Below, one piece after another: positions 52,490 to 62,493 of a DNA stretch of 64,000 nt. Each line of letters starts with the position of its first letter. Position 1 is the first letter of the stretch. The stretch comes from Candidatus Latescibacterota bacterium (lineage in GTDB: Bacteria > Latescibacterota > UBA2968 > GCA-2709665): NCBI GenBank assembly GCA_965208835.1, contig OZ242358.1, positions 2,496,001-2,560,000 of the forward strand. The letters run 5' to 3'. Below the pieces are notes generated by a model. The model saw only the letters and a program-made list of their open reading frames with translations, was not told the origin of the DNA and ran no database searches. Both the position numbers and the translations under genes were made by a program.

Positions 52490-53731
52490 TCAGTCCCCGT
52501 CAGGGTGAGGGCGTGGTTTTTTCTCGAAAACCGTATTCCAGTTGGTTCGCCCTGTGTACTGCATTGCCGCAAAGAGGGTGGCGATGCACAGCAGGGTTAT
52601 GGCCAGTCCGGTATAGCCGGAAAAGAAAAAGGTATAGGAGAACAGAACCAGGTAGATGAACTGTCCGGCGCCGATTTCGACGAAGGCCAGGCGCGCGCCA
52701 ACGACCAGGCGCATGTACGATATAACGAGGAATATCGAGACCGCGGAGGCGAGTACAAAAGCGTAGTGGATGAGCGTGTGGTCGACCAGGTAGGCCAGCA
52801 GCAGGTGGAAGCTGAAGAAGGCGGCACCGATGAAAAAATAGTGCATCGGGTGCAGGTCGATACGCCGCACGGTGGTGAAAACAAAGAGCAGGAAGAAGAA
52901 CAGGAAGAGGGAGACTGGGGCCGCGAGGACGACGTGCCTTACCCAGGGACCGGGATTGAGGCGGGCAGGCATGACCATCCCCAGATCGACTCCTGTCAGG
53001 AGATGATCGTATCGCCAGGTCAGCGTCCAGGCGTCACGCGTGCGGATCTTGGAAGTGGGGGATACGCTTTCGGCGGGAAAGTCGATATCGGCGAAGTCTG
53101 TCTGCATCACCAGTTCGAAGTCCGTCACCTGACTGACATTTTCCCCGAAACTGTAGCGCCACTGGTCCAGACCCCGGGAGCGATAGGACACGAGGACTGG
53201 GAGTAACTGGCCGGGCGCGAGATCGACGGGCTGGACCAGGTGCCCGGCGCGGACGGGGACGTCGGCGATGCGCAGGCTGTCCACGCCCAGGGTGAAGTCG
53301 TCGTACACGGCGCGACTGGCGGGCAGCTCCAGATCGAAATAGAGTCTGAGACTCCGGTCGGTTGGGTTGGACAGGGTGTACGATGCGGCGAATTGGACGT
53401 TGTAAGTCGAATACCACAACAAGCCCTTTCGCCGGTACTCCAGGGACAGGTCGACGCCGATGCGGCTGGCGTCCAGGCTATGATAATGCTTTTCGTCGAC
53501 CGTGCGCGAGACGGTCTGGCCGTCCGCGCCGGTTTCAACGCGTGTGACGCGTTCCAGCCGGTAAACCTGCGGGGCCTGCTGGGTCTGGGCGGTGCCCCAG
53601 AGTTGGCCTACGGCATCTTTGAGCTTGCCGTCCTGTTCCAGGGTGCGCAGGTGGACGGTCTGCCCCAGAATGAGCCAGGCGACCGAAATACAAACAAAAA
53701 TCAAGCCGATTGCGATGATGCGATGGATCAT
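52490..53731 (-). CDS. CreD-like inner membrane protein
   Basis: N-terminal TM, periplasmic domain 'YRRKGLLWYSTY', several C-terminal TMs with 'LHPMHY', 'FHLLLAYL'; start re-set to ATG 53731. Confidence 0.7.
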   Translation of the reverse strand: MIHRIIAIGLIFVCISVAWLILGQTVHLRTLEQDGKLKDAVGQLWGTAQTQQAPQVYRLERVTRVETGADGQTVSRTVDEKHYHSLDASRIGVDLSLEYRRKGLLWYSTYNVQFAASYTLSNPTDRSLRLYFDLELPASRAVYDDFTLGVDSLRIADVPVRAGHLVQPVDLAPGQLLPVLVSYRSRGLDQWRYSFGENVSQVTDFELVMQTDFADIDFPAESVSPTSKIRTRDAWTLTWRYDHLLTGVDLGMVMPARLNPGPWVRHVVLAAPVSLFLFFFLLFVFTTVRRIDLHPMHYFFIGAAFFSFHLLLAYLVDHTLIHYAFVLASAVSIFLVISYMRLVVGARLAFVEIGAGQFIYLVLFSYTFFFSGYTGLAITLLCIATLFAAMQYTGRTNWNTVFEKKPRPHPDGD

Positions 53732-54049
53732 TGGACATCCAGAATTGAGTTGATAAGAAGGGCACTGTCTTGCTTGTTCATATTGAATTTCCGCCGTATC
53801 CAGAACCTTCTGTTGGAATATCACAAAACGGATAGTGTCCGTCAATACCGTATGTAAGACGGCGGCTTTCGTAAGCCTGGAGAACGGGAGTTGCGAGGGC
53901 GCCGCACCGGCGAGTGCGTGGGAGACACGAACTCGACCCAATGAAGGTTTGGTCGTGATTCCCGGTGCGTACAGACCGCGGACGATGGAGGGGCTCAGGT
54001 TGTTGATGTCGGCCTATTGCATTTGCCCGACCCTGACGATGACCAAGCT

Positions 54050-56905
54050 CTACAGAAAGTGCGAAAGCCGCGCATACAGATATCTGCCCATGAAATCGTA
54101 GGTGCTGGAATCCGACGTGCCGAGAAAGCCGTTGAATATCACCGCCGGCCGCTGATTGAAAACATTGTTGACTCCGACGGTCAATACGGACGCCCCGGCG
54201 CGGGTACCCAGTCTATACGTTCCGTATACACCCAGTGTGGTGTTTGAGTTGACCTGGCGGCTCACGGGCGTTTCCGACACGTCCTCGCGGTACAGGCCCT
54301 TGCAGTCGTCGTCTTCGCATTCCAGGAATCCGCCGACGTACTTCAGGTTCAGACCGAATGCGACGCGCGGCTGACTCAGCCCCGCCGATAGCGCATGCCG
54401 CCATCTGGGGAAGACACCCAGATCGTAGTAACCCCTCCCCTTCACCAGTTCGAGGCCGCCCGGGGCCGGCACAAGTTGCTCGTATTGGAACAGCAGATTG
54501 CTTTCCGTGCGGGTCGTCAGGAAACCCAGCGGCGTGTCCACCCTGTAATCCAGTTCGATGTCCAGTCCGCTGGTCTCGGTTTCGCCCACGTTGGCGCCCT
54601 GCGAAAAGATGGTCGTAATCAGCTTCGTGTTCGGGTCTCGCTCGATCTGATCGCAGTAGGATGGGGTTACCTGCGAATAGCAGTTGCTCAGGATGAGACC
54701 CGCGGGCAGCGCACCGATCACATCCTCTATTTTATTGGTATAGTAGGTGAGGGCGAAATCCAGGTTGTCGACAAAATCCGGCTGGTAAACAAGCCCGGCC
54801 GTAATCATGGCGGCTGTTTCCGGATCGAGCTCGGTGGAACCGCCGACCTTGGCGCGCAGTTGCGCGCGCGAGTCCTCAAAGTCGGACGGGACGCCGGCTG
54901 CCGCACAGTTCCTCTGTTGCTCGGCCGTCAGTGTCCGGGCGCTGCCCGCTTCGTCCACGACGCTGCAGGGATCGCTTACCAGAGGGAAGGCATCGCTCTG
55001 ACCGAGGAACATCTCGGCGATGCCGGGCGCGCGAAACGCATTGGAAATCGTCGCACGCAGGGTCAGCCCGCGGGGAAACCAGCAGCGGGCTCCCGCCTCG
55101 TACGTGAAGCCGCTCCCGAAGGTATCGTAATCGAACGCCCTTCCCGCAGCCGTCAGATCCAGGCCTGCGGCTTCCGCACGATAGACCGGCACCGAGGTCT
55201 CGCCGTAGAGCGCCCTCACCGAATACGCACCTTCGGTCGCTTCCTGCTTGCTGCCTGTCGTATTTCCCGATCTCGTTACCGGATCAGGAAGAAATGCGCC
55301 TGCCTCCCAGCGGGAAGACACGCCCGCGGCCACACCCAGAGGACCGGCCGGCAGATCGGCGAGCTGTCCCGTCACGTTCAACTGAAGGATCTTCTGCTTG
55401 GAATAGCCCGTGGCGATACCCGTATACTGGATATAGTCCAGCATTTCCTGTGTGATGGTGCCGGCGCCGTGAAGCAGGTCCAGGGGCACGCAGTCGCCGA
55501 TGGCGGCGCATTCTTCGGCCGGTCCCAGAGCATAGGCGAGGTTGCTGCGGACGAATCGGCCTTCATTGATGCTGGTTCCCTCGCTGCGGCCATATGAATA
55601 GGATGCATCGGCGTCGAAACCCGAGATCGGGAATTCCATGCCGAGGACGATGCGGTAGGTGTTTATATCCTGGAGGAAATTGCGGTTGCCCGCTTCGACA
55701 AACCGGCGGCGGACGTCGTGAAAGGTGCGGCCGAATTCATTGTGGACATTCGTGGAAGAAACGGAGAGACCTTCGCTTATGATAAACAGAGGTGTCGGGG
55801 CGAGCTTCTGATCGGACTGTCGGTTGGTATATGAGACCTCGAAGAAGCCATCTGCCTCTGGGGCGAATTCGTACGTGCCGCTTAGAAAGGAGGTATATCG
55901 GGTCTGGGGCGTGTAGAGGTAATTTTCCGGCTGGTAATTGTACAGGTCGCCGCTTCCGTCTGAAGAATTGCCCGCCCAGTTGAACGGGCGCCAACCCGCG
56001 TTGGGGTCGAGGTGGTAGTCGCCGGCGTCTTCCCCGGCAGCCGTTACCACGGCCTGCCACGCCGCGTTGCCGGGTTCTTCGGATCGGTCGATGATGTGGC
56101 CTTCCGGCGTCGCCGAGCTGCCGCTTGTGGCGTAGGTGCCGTCGTTCTTCTCCCAGTCGTACGTCTTGTCTTCCGTACTGAAGGACCGGTCGCCCGTCCA
56201 TACGGGTGCCTGGTTGTGGTAGCCGGCCGAAAACAGGACGCTGCCTCTTTCGCTCTTCAGACCGGCAGTCACGCTGATGTCCAGCGTCTCGCCGTCGCCC
56301 GCGCCCGCGACGCCCCGGTAGACTTCGAATTCAAGCCCCTCTGTCTCAGCCCTTGTAATGACATTGACAACGCCTCCCACCGCGTCCGAACCATACACCG
56401 CCGACGCGCCGTCCTTGAGCACCTCGACGCGCTCAACGGCGGAAGCGGGAATGGCGTTGAGATCGACGGATGAATTGGCCCCGGTGCCGCCCGGCACGAA
56501 GCGGCGTCCGTTGAGCAGGACCAGCGTTCGATGAGCGCCCAGCCCCCGGAGGCTGATACGAGTGGAGCCGTCTCCACCGTTGTTGGCCTGGGTATTGATG
56601 GCATTGGACTGAACGGTCAGGGTCTGCAGGACGTCTCCTATGGATGCCAGGCCCCGCACCTTGATTTCATCCCGAGACATGACAACCACGGGCGCAGGGG
56701 TGAGGAGATCCTCGCTCTTGATCCGGGAACCGGTGACGGTAACGGCGTCAAGTTCGTAGACGATCAGCTCTTCTTCGGCAGTTTCTTCCGCTTCGGTGCC
56801 TTCCTCGACGTCGTCGGATTCATCGGCGGACGCCTGCAATGTGAACGCACCGCCCATTAGAGAGAGAACCAGGATGTACCGAAGGACCTTGAGATAGGTC
56901 TGCAT
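54050..56905 (-). CDS. TonB-dependent receptor
   Basis: Signal peptide; TonB box 'VTVTGSRI'; plug 'LRGLG..RTLVLLNGRR', 'RVEVLKDGASAVYGSDAVGGVVNVIT'; C-terminal 'NNVFN..GRYLY'. Confidence 0.95.
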   Translation of the reverse strand: MQTYLKVLRYILVLSLMGGAFTLQASADESDDVEEGTEAEETAEEELIVYELDAVTVTGSRIKSEDLLTPAPVVVMSRDEIKVRGLASIGDVLQTLTVQSNAINTQANNGGDGSTRISLRGLGAHRTLVLLNGRRFVPGGTGANSSVDLNAIPASAVERVEVLKDGASAVYGSDAVGGVVNVITRAETEGLEFEVYRGVAGAGDGETLDISVTAGLKSERGSVLFSAGYHNQAPVWTGDRSFSTEDKTYDWEKNDGTYATSGSSATPEGHIIDRSEEPGNAAWQAVVTAAGEDAGDYHLDPNAGWRPFNWAGNSSDGSGDLYNYQPENYLYTPQTRYTSFLSGTYEFAPEADGFFEVSYTNRQSDQKLAPTPLFIISEGLSVSSTNVHNEFGRTFHDVRRRFVEAGNRNFLQDINTYRIVLGMEFPISGFDADASYSYGRSEGTSINEGRFVRSNLAYALGPAEECAAIGDCVPLDLLHGAGTITQEMLDYIQYTGIATGYSKQKILQLNVTGQLADLPAGPLGVAAGVSSRWEAGAFLPDPVTRSGNTTGSKQEATEGAYSVRALYGETSVPVYRAEAAGLDLTAAGRAFDYDTFGSGFTYEAGARCWFPRGLTLRATISNAFRAPGIAEMFLGQSDAFPLVSDPCSVVDEAGSARTLTAEQQRNCAAAGVPSDFEDSRAQLRAKVGGSTELDPETAAMITAGLVYQPDFVDNLDFALTYYTNKIEDVIGALPAGLILSNCYSQVTPSYCDQIERDPNTKLITTIFSQGANVGETETSGLDIELDYRVDTPLGFLTTRTESNLLFQYEQLVPAPGGLELVKGRGYYDLGVFPRWRHALSAGLSQPRVAFGLNLKYVGGFLECEDDDCKGLYREDVSETPVSRQVNSNTTLGVYGTYRLGTRAGASVLTVGVNNVFNQRPAVIFNGFLGTSDSSTYDFMGRYLYARLSHFL

Positions 56906-57123
56906 AGCGTGAATCTCCTGTCGTGGGATACCGGAATCAAAACACAGGCGGTGGTACTTTCGTTATTGGTTTGCAGGGGAGAATTCCAGTCGGCGGTGTG
57001 TTATCCGCCGGAAGGCATAAAGGGATTCAATCAGGGGATGCGCAGCGTTTCGGGCGGGGGAGGTGAGGTAGGTTTGTGCTTCATCGACGCCACGCGCGGG
57101 GATATCAGGTGCCGGCCACCGTA

Positions 57124-57278
57124 GTATCCTGTCCCAAAAATATCTAACCATTCAGCCGCCGGTTCATCCCGTCTCGCGGCGTTGCCTTCCCTCGCCGACC
57201 TTACACAGGTCGGAGGCGCCTTGCGAGCCGGGCAACTCGACGGCTGAATTTCGGCAACCTTTTTCCGGGACAGAACAC
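57124..57278 (-). ncRNA. Candidate rod-shaped structured RNA (unassigned; overall shape 6S-like)
   Basis: Nested helices read by eye: GUGUUCUGUCCC/GGGACAGGAUAC, AUUCAGCCGUCG/CGGCGGCUGAAU, CCCG.CUCGC/GCGAG.CGGG, apical CCGACCU/AGGUCGG; G-U pairs favour the minus strand. Confidence 0.5.
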
Positions 57279-57560
57279 TCGCGGCTTATATAAAATATAA
57301 CGTTGAAAAAGGATGCGGCAAGGTGTCAAATGGTTCATATTGCGATCGTGACGAACGCGAACGGACAATTTCCCGGAGTTAGGAATGGGTGCCGCCCGCC
57401 GGAATTGCGGATACGACAGTTTGAGGACGCTCCGGAGGTCTCTTTACTTGGGATTGCGATATCTGTTGTGTTCTTTCACGGTCGTGAGTAATTTTGCCGC
57501 CTCAATTGCTGTTGCATAGATTCCGGTAATCAGCAAACCACCTGAAGAAGGGAATCATCC

Positions 57561-58157
57561 GTGATGACACGCTTCCCGTGCCGGACGTCGGCGGCGGCAG
57601 GCCACGGGCGGCTCTGGCCACTGATTTTGCTCCTGGCGACGGGGCTGTCCTCCGCCTGTGGCGATGATCCGGTATCAGACGAATCCTCCCAGGGACTGAG
57701 GGACCTCACCAGGATCGAGGAACTCAGGGAGATATTCCATCGGGACGCGGGCGCCCCGCGGCTCATCCTGCTGCTGTCTCCCACGTGACCGGTCTGTCAG
57801 GCAGGCGCCAGTTGGGTGCAGGAGGAGATTCTGGACAGGGACCGCGAGGCCAACGTGAAGGTCTACGCGGTCTGGCTTCCGATGATCGCGGGCGATGCCC
57901 GGTCGGAGTGGAAGCAGAGCCTGCTTCCGGATGCCAGGGTGGTTCATCTTTGGGACGAGCAGCGTGTCACCGGGAGGTGGTTCGCACGGCAGACATGGTA
58001 TGACAGGAACGTGGAAGTCGCGTGGGACATCTATATTCTGTTCGGCCCGGCAGCCCGCTGGAACGGGTCGCCCGGACCGCTCATCAGCTGGGGAGAGACC
58101 GTGATAGATGCGCGTGAGCGGCTCAGGCGGGATTTTCTGGCGATAGTGGATGGGTAG
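57561..58157 (+). CDS. Putative selenoprotein: thioredoxin-fold lipoprotein with UxxC (SPT-U-PVC), 198 aa
   Basis: Track ORFs 57561..57788 and 57816..58157 are in frame and joined by TGA 57786-57788: LILLLSPT-U-PVCQAGASWVQEE; lipobox 'LSSAC'. Confidence 0.85.
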
Positions 58158-58254
58158 TCCCTGGAAGAGAGAGATCCGAGAGTAACCCAGCCTGGCATTG
58201 GGGGTCGGAAGGAAAGACCGCGGAAGGCCGAACCGGGGCGTGGCTTTGATAAGG

Positions 58255-58290
58255 AAAAACAGGGCGTCGATTTCTCGACGCCCTGTTTTT
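58255..58290. terminator. Bidirectional intrinsic terminator at the tRNA-fMet 3' end
   Basis: AAAAACAGGGCGTCGA-TTTC-TCGACGCCCTGTTTTT. Confidence 0.85.
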
Positions 58291-58367
<77 letters not shown>

Positions 58368-58414
58368 ACCAATGATTTCCTATATAGGAGAATCTATCAA
58401 ACCGGGACGTTTTG

Positions 58415-59704
58415 TCAAGCGATTTCTTGTGTTTTGTCCTGTTTGTTTCGATCCGGTTCCTGTTTGACGATCCGAACCGTGGTAATGCGCTGGCCGACCA
58501 CTTCTTCGACCCACAGCGTCAGGTTTTCGAACACGAACGTTTCCTCGGGACCCGGAACGCGGCCCAGGTGGTTGTAGATGAAACCCCCCAGGGTTTCGTA
58601 ACCGTCGCGCGGAAGTTCTATATTCAGAATCAGATTGAGATCGTCTATATCGAGTCGCGCGTCGGCAACCAGGACGTGCCCGTCTTCGTCCCAGTGGAAC
58701 AGCTGCTCTTCCTCGTCGTATTCGTCGTGAATCTCGCCGACGATCTCTTCGATCAGGTCTTCGAGCGTGACCAGTCCGGACGTGCCGCCGAATTCATTGA
58801 TGACAACCGCCATGTGGACCTTGTTGGTCTTGAACTCTCTCATCAGCTCCGCGATCTTCTTGTTTTCCGTCGCGAAATACGGTTTTCGCATGGCATTTTC
58901 GGGCGTCCAGTCCTGACCCGTACTCAGAAGCTCGAGCAGGTCCTTGGCGTAAACCACACCTTCGATATGGTCCACGCGTTCGCGGTAAATGGGAATGCGG
59001 GAGTGCCGCTTTTCCTGGATCAGGGCCAGGATTTCCTCCGGTTTGGAGGAGATCTCGGCGCACACCATGTCAATACGCGGCACCATTACTTCCTTTACGG
59101 TCGTGTCGCCGAACTCGAATATGCCGGCGATCATGTCCCGTTCTTCCTCTTCTATCGTACCTTCCTCGGTCTCGGTTTCCACGATCTGCCGCAGCTCTTC
59201 CTCCTTGATCGCCCTCGTATCGGTTTCGCTTACAAAAATACTCTGTGTTTTCAACAAGAGCAACGCGGGGGGCAGAAGCAACACATAGAATGGATAGTAG
59301 ATGGCAATCAGGTGAGGCAGCGGCCGGTCGGACCCCTCTTCGCGCCTGTAGAAGGAGATTGCATTGGCGACCACCAGAGAGACGAGTACGAACGCGGCGA
59401 TGCTCAGCAGGTCCCGCAGAAGCGGCCATGTGAATTCCTGCAATCCGAATCTGGCAAGGAATGCGAACGCAAGCGCGCCAGCCGCTATGGACAGGGATTG
59501 GCCGAACGAGACCGTCAGTCCCAGCGCGTACCGTGTCCGGTACATCGACAGCAGGAGGTTCGCGCGGGGAACAGCTTCGTCGCGGAGGCGTTCAAGCGTC
59601 GCCCGTGAAATCGTGCTGCCGATCGCGCCCATCCGGGCAACGAGCGCGGTAACGAACAGAGACGCGCCCGCCACGAGTACGGCCAACCACTCGGAGTCAT
59701 CCAA
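58415..59704 (-). CDS. Hemolysin/CorC-family protein (DUF21 + CBS pair + CorC_HlyC)
   Basis: 'VKEVMVPRIDM', 'HSRIPIY', 'NEFGGTSGLVTLEDLIEEIVGEIHDEYD'. Confidence 0.92.
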   Translation of the reverse strand: MDDSEWLAVLVAGASLFVTALVARMGAIGSTISRATLERLRDEAVPRANLLLSMYRTRYALGLTVSFGQSLSIAAGALAFAFLARFGLQEFTWPLLRDLLSIAAFVLVSLVVANAISFYRREEGSDRPLPHLIAIYYPFYVLLLPPALLLLKTQSIFVSETDTRAIKEEELRQIVETETEEGTIEEEERDMIAGIFEFGDTTVKEVMVPRIDMVCAEISSKPEEILALIQEKRHSRIPIYRERVDHIEGVVYAKDLLELLSTGQDWTPENAMRKPYFATENKKIAELMREFKTNKVHMAVVINEFGGTSGLVTLEDLIEEIVGEIHDEYDEEEQLFHWDEDGHVLVADARLDIDDLNLILNIELPRDGYETLGGFIYNHLGRVPGPEETFVFENLTLWVEEVVGQRITTVRIVKQEPDRNKQDKTQEIA

Positions 59705-59711
59705 AATGGAC

Positions 59712-60164
59712 TCACACTCCCTTCATGTGAATGCCTGTGTCAAACCGCGCCAGATACTCCCGCTCCTTGCGCCGCATCGAGGCTCTGGAACCGGGAGAGT
59801 CGTGTTTATACCCCAGCAGATGCAGGATTCCGTGTATGGCAAGCCAGACCAATTCTTCTGAAGGGCACCTTGAACCTTCACGGGCCTGAGATAAAGCACG
59901 ATCCACGGAAATGTAGATTTCACCAAGATCATCGCAATCGGGATGGACCGGGTCAGCCAGATCGAAAGAAAGAACATCCGTCGGCACGAATGCACCCTTG
60001 AATTGACCGTTCAGACGTTGAAGCGTTGCGTCGTCCGCCAGAACCAGCGTGACGCTGCCGTCGGCGCCGTGATCCTTTAGCACGCTGTCGAGCAGGAATT
60101 CGAGGTCCATCGGGTCGCAGGCATCGGGAAGCGGCGCCACCTGTTCGATACGCAACCGGGTCAC
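59712..60164 (-). CDS. ybeY: rRNA maturation endoribonuclease YbeY
   Basis: 'PTDVLSF', 'LGEIYIS', 'HGILHLLGYKH'; GTG start overlaps the upstream stop (GTGA). Confidence 0.92.
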   Translation of the reverse strand: MTRLRIEQVAPLPDACDPMDLEFLLDSVLKDHGADGSVTLVLADDATLQRLNGQFKGAFVPTDVLSFDLADPVHPDCDDLGEIYISVDRALSQAREGSRCPSEELVWLAIHGILHLLGYKHDSPGSRASMRRKEREYLARFDTGIHMKGV

Positions 60165-62473
60165 AGAACTTCCTTCCTGCGTCTGGATTGGACACGCTTC
60201 TGTTCGTGCTGCCACGGATAGGCGACGCGGCTGTGCCAGGTGGCCTCGAGAATCGGCAGAAACGCTTCCTGAATTCGGGTCAGGTCTCTGAGCGTCAGGT
60301 CGCATTCATCCAGCTCACCTTCGGTAAACCTGGCCTTTACGAGCGTTTGTACCATGTTGCGGGTTTCTTCGGGGGTACTCGCGCTGAGGCTTCGTATTGC
60401 GGATTCCACCGCATCGGCCAGGCTGACGATACCCGCCTCTCGGGTCTGAGGCCTCGGACCCGGGTATCGAAAATCGGCGTCGAGCACTTCGTGCGGGGCG
60501 TTGCTCTCCATGGCGCTCTTCTTGAAACCTGCAATTTCACTCGTACCGTGATGCTGGGATATCATATCGATGATGACCCGTGGCAGACCTTCCTCTTCGG
60601 CCATTCTGACGCCGTCCTTCACATGGGAAATCAGAATCAGAGCGCTCAGACGAGGCTGGAGTTCATCGTGCGGATTCACGCCTTTCTGGTTTTCGATAAA
60701 ATAATGCGGTCGGATCATCTTGCCGATGTCGTGGTAGTAACATCCGACCCGGGCCAAGAGGCCGTTGGCTCCGATGACTTCTGCGGCCGCTTCCGAAAGC
60801 CTGGCCATGATGATGCTGTGGCTGTACGTGCCGGGCGCCCGAATGGCGAGGTTGCGCAATAGCGGCCGGTTCAGGTCCGAAAGTTCCAGCAGGGTGTAAG
60901 TTGTAACCACGCTGAAAGCACTTTCGAAGATCGGCAGGAGGCCGATGGTCAGCACGGAGGATGCACAGGCAGTAAACGTGCCCAGAACCAGATCCCACCT
61001 GACCTTCTGCAAGAATTCGCCGAAGCCGGAATAGCTGAACAACAGGATGGCCGTGGCGAGCGTCGAGAGCAGATAGGCGCAGACCAGGAAGGCGATGGAC
61101 CGGTAGAAAAAATCGCTGCGACGGTTGACCGGCCTCACGGAGTAAGCACCGGCTGCGCCCGTAATCAGGTAAATCAGTCCGAATGAAAGACTTCCCACGA
61201 TGCTCGCGCACAGCGTGGCGCACACGAACGAAACAACCAGGCCGACCTCGGTATCGAAGAGGATGGTCGCCAGCATCACCGATAGCGCAACGGGTACCAG
61301 CAAGGGCGTGACCGTCGACACCGTTGCCGCGTATGACGCGACCAGGCATGGCATGATGATCAGGATGCCAAAGAGGACGAGGTTCGACGTTGAAGCAATG
61401 GCCGAGGGGCGGGACACGTAAAGAAACATGAACAGAATGGCAACCAGCAGGGCGCTGACGGCCGCCTGGGCGGCGACCTGGAGATGATACAGATAGGGGA
61501 CCCGATCGACCGCTCTGTTCATGTGCACGGCCAGCGATCGCAGCTGGTCCATGTGTTCCGAGGTCACGCGGTCGTGCTTGTCGACGATGCGCTCACCGCC
61601 AAGGACGGCACCCTTATAGGGAGAGACCCTCGCTGCAGCCACGCCCCTGCGTCGTTCGGTTTCTTCCGCGTTGTAGGTGAGGTTGGGGGCAAGAAACACG
61701 ACGACGAGTTCGTACACGGTCTTTATTTCAGCAGGCGTACCCTGAGGAAACTGGCTGTCGATTTCATCCTGCAGGCTGCGTTCATACCATTCCAGGCCTC
61801 GGACGGGATTCGCAGTAGCCCGTTGTTCCCGGTCGCCCTGGACGAGGGTTATCTCCTTGATGCCGGTTCCAAGGACTTCGGTGTCCTGGTTTAAAACGCC
61901 CGCCGTGTAACTGGACACCAGCAATTCCCGGACGGCCGTACGGAGCTTTTCAAAACCTGCGGGGTAATTGGCCGCCTGGTTGATCAGAAAGCGTAAGCTC
62001 GTCTGAGACACCGAACCGATTTCCGAATGTGCCTGTTGCAGTTGATGGACGGCCGAATCCGGAATGGCTGAGATGCTCAAACGCTTGAGGTCTTCCAGGA
62101 ATCCTTCAAGCCCACGCTGCCTGTCGGCCGACACCCCCGCGTCCAGGATTACGACGGGAAGGACGTCGCCGCGGGCAGCCTCGACTTCGCGGGCGTATTC
62201 GGCTTCGTTTTTCAGCACCTTGAAGTTCTCCGGGGCGATCACTTCATAGGGCGCGATGGTTCCCTCACTGAATGCACTGTGTTCGTGGTCCGTTCTTGCA
62301 ATCGGGAAGAAATAAGTCAGCAGGGCAACCAGCGTGAACATGAACCCAACCCGCAACAGTACCCGCGGCCGCAGCCGAAGTTTGTGAGGGGACGGCGTAC
62401 TCCGGTCGCCGTTGCCGGCGTCCGATTCCACGAGTCCTGTGAACAGGAGCAGTTGTCGGAGACTACGCATCAT
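60161..62473 (-). CDS. 7TM-HD (HDIG) phosphohydrolase, PgpH-like cyclic-di-AMP phosphodiesterase
   Basis: Extracytoplasmic 7TMR-HDED-like domain, multi-TM region, 'APGTYSHS', 'YYHDIGK..YFIENQ', 'HHGT', 'FRYPGPRP'. Confidence 0.88.
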   Translation of the reverse strand: MMRSLRQLLLFTGLVESDAGNGDRSTPSPHKLRLRPRVLLRVGFMFTLVALLTYFFPIARTDHEHSAFSEGTIAPYEVIAPENFKVLKNEAEYAREVEAARGDVLPVVILDAGVSADRQRGLEGFLEDLKRLSISAIPDSAVHQLQQAHSEIGSVSQTSLRFLINQAANYPAGFEKLRTAVRELLVSSYTAGVLNQDTEVLGTGIKEITLVQGDREQRATANPVRGLEWYERSLQDEIDSQFPQGTPAEIKTVYELVVVFLAPNLTYNAEETERRRGVAAARVSPYKGAVLGGERIVDKHDRVTSEHMDQLRSLAVHMNRAVDRVPYLYHLQVAAQAAVSALLVAILFMFLYVSRPSAIASTSNLVLFGILIIMPCLVASYAATVSTVTPLLVPVALSVMLATILFDTEVGLVVSFVCATLCASIVGSLSFGLIYLITGAAGAYSVRPVNRRSDFFYRSIAFLVCAYLLSTLATAILLFSYSGFGEFLQKVRWDLVLGTFTACASSVLTIGLLPIFESAFSVVTTYTLLELSDLNRPLLRNLAIRAPGTYSHSIIMARLSEAAAEVIGANGLLARVGCYYHDIGKMIRPHYFIENQKGVNPHDELQPRLSALILISHVKDGVRMAEEEGLPRVIIDMISQHHGTSEIAGFKKSAMESNAPHEVLDADFRYPGPRPQTREAGIVSLADAVESAIRSLSASTPEETRNMVQTLVKARFTEGELDECDLTLRDLTRIQEAFLPILEATWHSRVAYPWQHEQKRVQSRRRKEVL

Positions 62474-62493
62474 TGAGCGGGATACCCTGCACT

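Noticed and set aside
56906-57300. Cobalamin riboswitch upstream of the TonB receptor (GGGAAGGC present)
   Set aside because: Other conserved elements (GCCACTG, B12 box AGYCAGRAGACC) are absent; none is seen upstream of nrdJ either.
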